DNA of 26,556 nucleotides, from IMG/VR virus record IMGVR_UViG_3300013195_000003, positions 78,524-105,079 of that record; one strand, 5' to 3'. The position numbers were made by a program, and so were the translations under genes. The notes beneath the pieces were generated by a model that saw only the letters and a program-made list of their open reading frames with translations, had not been told where the DNA came from and made no database searches. Positions 25,657 through 26,556 of the stretch are shown here, piece after piece; the stretch's first letter is position 1; the number at the start of each line of letters is the position of its first letter. This DNA comes from a virus.

Positions 25657-26310
25657 ATGACTGTCAGGAACGTAGCAAAAAATTATACGTTTGAGCAGCA
25701 GCGTCTTGAAATCAATGATATTGGCGCTGACAATGGCGACTTTTCTGGCAAAATCATTGCTCAGGCTGTTGCGAATAACCTTGTAGCGCAGACTATTACA
25801 GATTGTCTGCTTGAACTTGATACTGAGTTAGGACCCATCGCAAGTATTACTGGCGAGATTCCTGCTAATGATAAAGATAATGTGGTAGAGGCAATTAATT
25901 ATATTACTGATACCATTATCAAAGCTTTATCTCAATTAACTACTGTAGATAAAACTAGTGTCGTTAATGCGATCAATGAACTTGATTCTGACGTTGGCGA
26001 TTTGACACAACTGTCTGCAAACATTGCAGATCACACTAGTTTGGTTGCTGCTCTTAATGAAACAAAGGATATCATTGTTGGTGTTCTTTCCAACTTAAGT
26101 ACAGTTTCTAAATCCAGTATCGTTGCTGCTATCAACGAAATTAAAGACATTACCATTGGTAATCTTAACAACCTCACAACACAAAACAAAGCAAACCTTG
26201 TTAATGCGATCAATGAATTGCAGGTTGAGGTGAATACTCTTGCTGCCCAGGTCGGTGTGTCTGTGGAAGCAGGTCTTGATGCTACTGCTCTTGCTATCGC
26301 TCTCGGTTAA
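25657..26310 (+). CDS. Repeat-containing fibre/fibritin-like structural protein (217 aa)
   Basis: N-terminal TFEQQRLEIN; about six ~26-aa repeats of the pattern GxLxxLxTxxKxxLVxAINE; C-terminal ALAIALG. Confidence 0.75.
   Translation: MTVRNVAKNYTFEQQRLEINDIGADNGDFSGKIIAQAVANNLVAQTITDCLLELDTELGPIASITGEIPANDKDNVVEAINYITDTIIKALSQLTTVDKTSVVNAINELDSDVGDLTQLSANIADHTSLVAALNETKDIIVGVLSNLSTVSKSSIVAAINEIKDITIGNLNNLTTQNKANLVNAINELQVEVNTLAAQVGVSVEAGLDATALAIALG
25963..26217 (+). repeat. Identical 18-bp direct repeat GTTAATGCGATCAATGAA
   Basis: Copies at 25963-25980 and 26200-26217, both encoding VNAINE within the protein repeat array. Confidence 0.85.
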
Positions 26311-26316
26311 TAAAAA

Positions 26317-26556
26317 ATGGCAAATAAATTTATCTCAACTTCTAAAACAGGTATCGGCACTGTCGAGACTTCTATCTACGCCGTAGAGCTGCAAGGCACG
26401 CAGGTGGAGAAACAGACTGTGATTATTGGGTGCAACTTAGCAAACACCACACAGACTGCCGTGATTGCTGAGGTTAAGATTAATAGATACCCAGCGTACT
26501 CTATCGATCCCCAGTATCCGAAAGACGATGTGTACATTGTCAGGAATGTACCTATT
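26317..26556 (+). CDS. Hypothetical virion-associated protein, 5' part (runs off the window)
   Basis: ATG 26317, open to the window end: MANKFISTSKTGIGTVETSIYAVELQGTQVEKQTVIIGCNLANTTQTAVIAEVKINRYPAYSIDPQYPKDDVYIVRNVPI... Confidence 0.85.
   Translation, partial: MANKFISTSKTGIGTVETSIYAVELQGTQVEKQTVIIGCNLANTTQTAVIAEVKINRYPAYSIDPQYPKDDVYIVRNVPI

Noticed and set aside
1-26556. CRISPR arrays, tRNAs, DGR template/variable repeats, invertible segments
   Set aside because: No regularly spaced repeats, cloverleafs, adenine-mismatched long repeats or recombinase/RT genes were seen, and the intergenic spaces are very short.

Overview
This window is the baseplate/tail structural module of a T4-like myovirus, most likely a marine cyanophage (Kyanoviridae-type gene order and motifs). 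All real genes are on the + strand, in this order: the 3' end of a probable phosphoribosyltransferase-like gene, an intrinsic terminator, a late promoter, a structured leader and a 52-aa ORF missed by the ORF track, gp25, gp6, a giant 3666-aa gp7, gp8, a 2747-aa DUF4815/VrlC-like virion protein, a small coiled-coil protein, a 513-aa fibre, a 217-aa repeat protein ending in ALAIALG, and the start of a MANKF-type gene. T4 late promoters (TATAAATA) punctuate the module. Three observations stand out. (1) gp7 contains two nested helical domains that align by eye with phycobiliprotein beta subunits, including cysteines at both bilin-attachment positions; this suggests a possibly chromophore-bearing baseplate. 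(2) A compact H-type pseudoknot at the head of the late operon overlaps an anti-Shine-Dalgarno hairpin, a riboswitch-like layout. (3) The tetramer CATG appears to be absent from all 26.5 kb. All homology calls come from motif recognition by eye; no searches were run.
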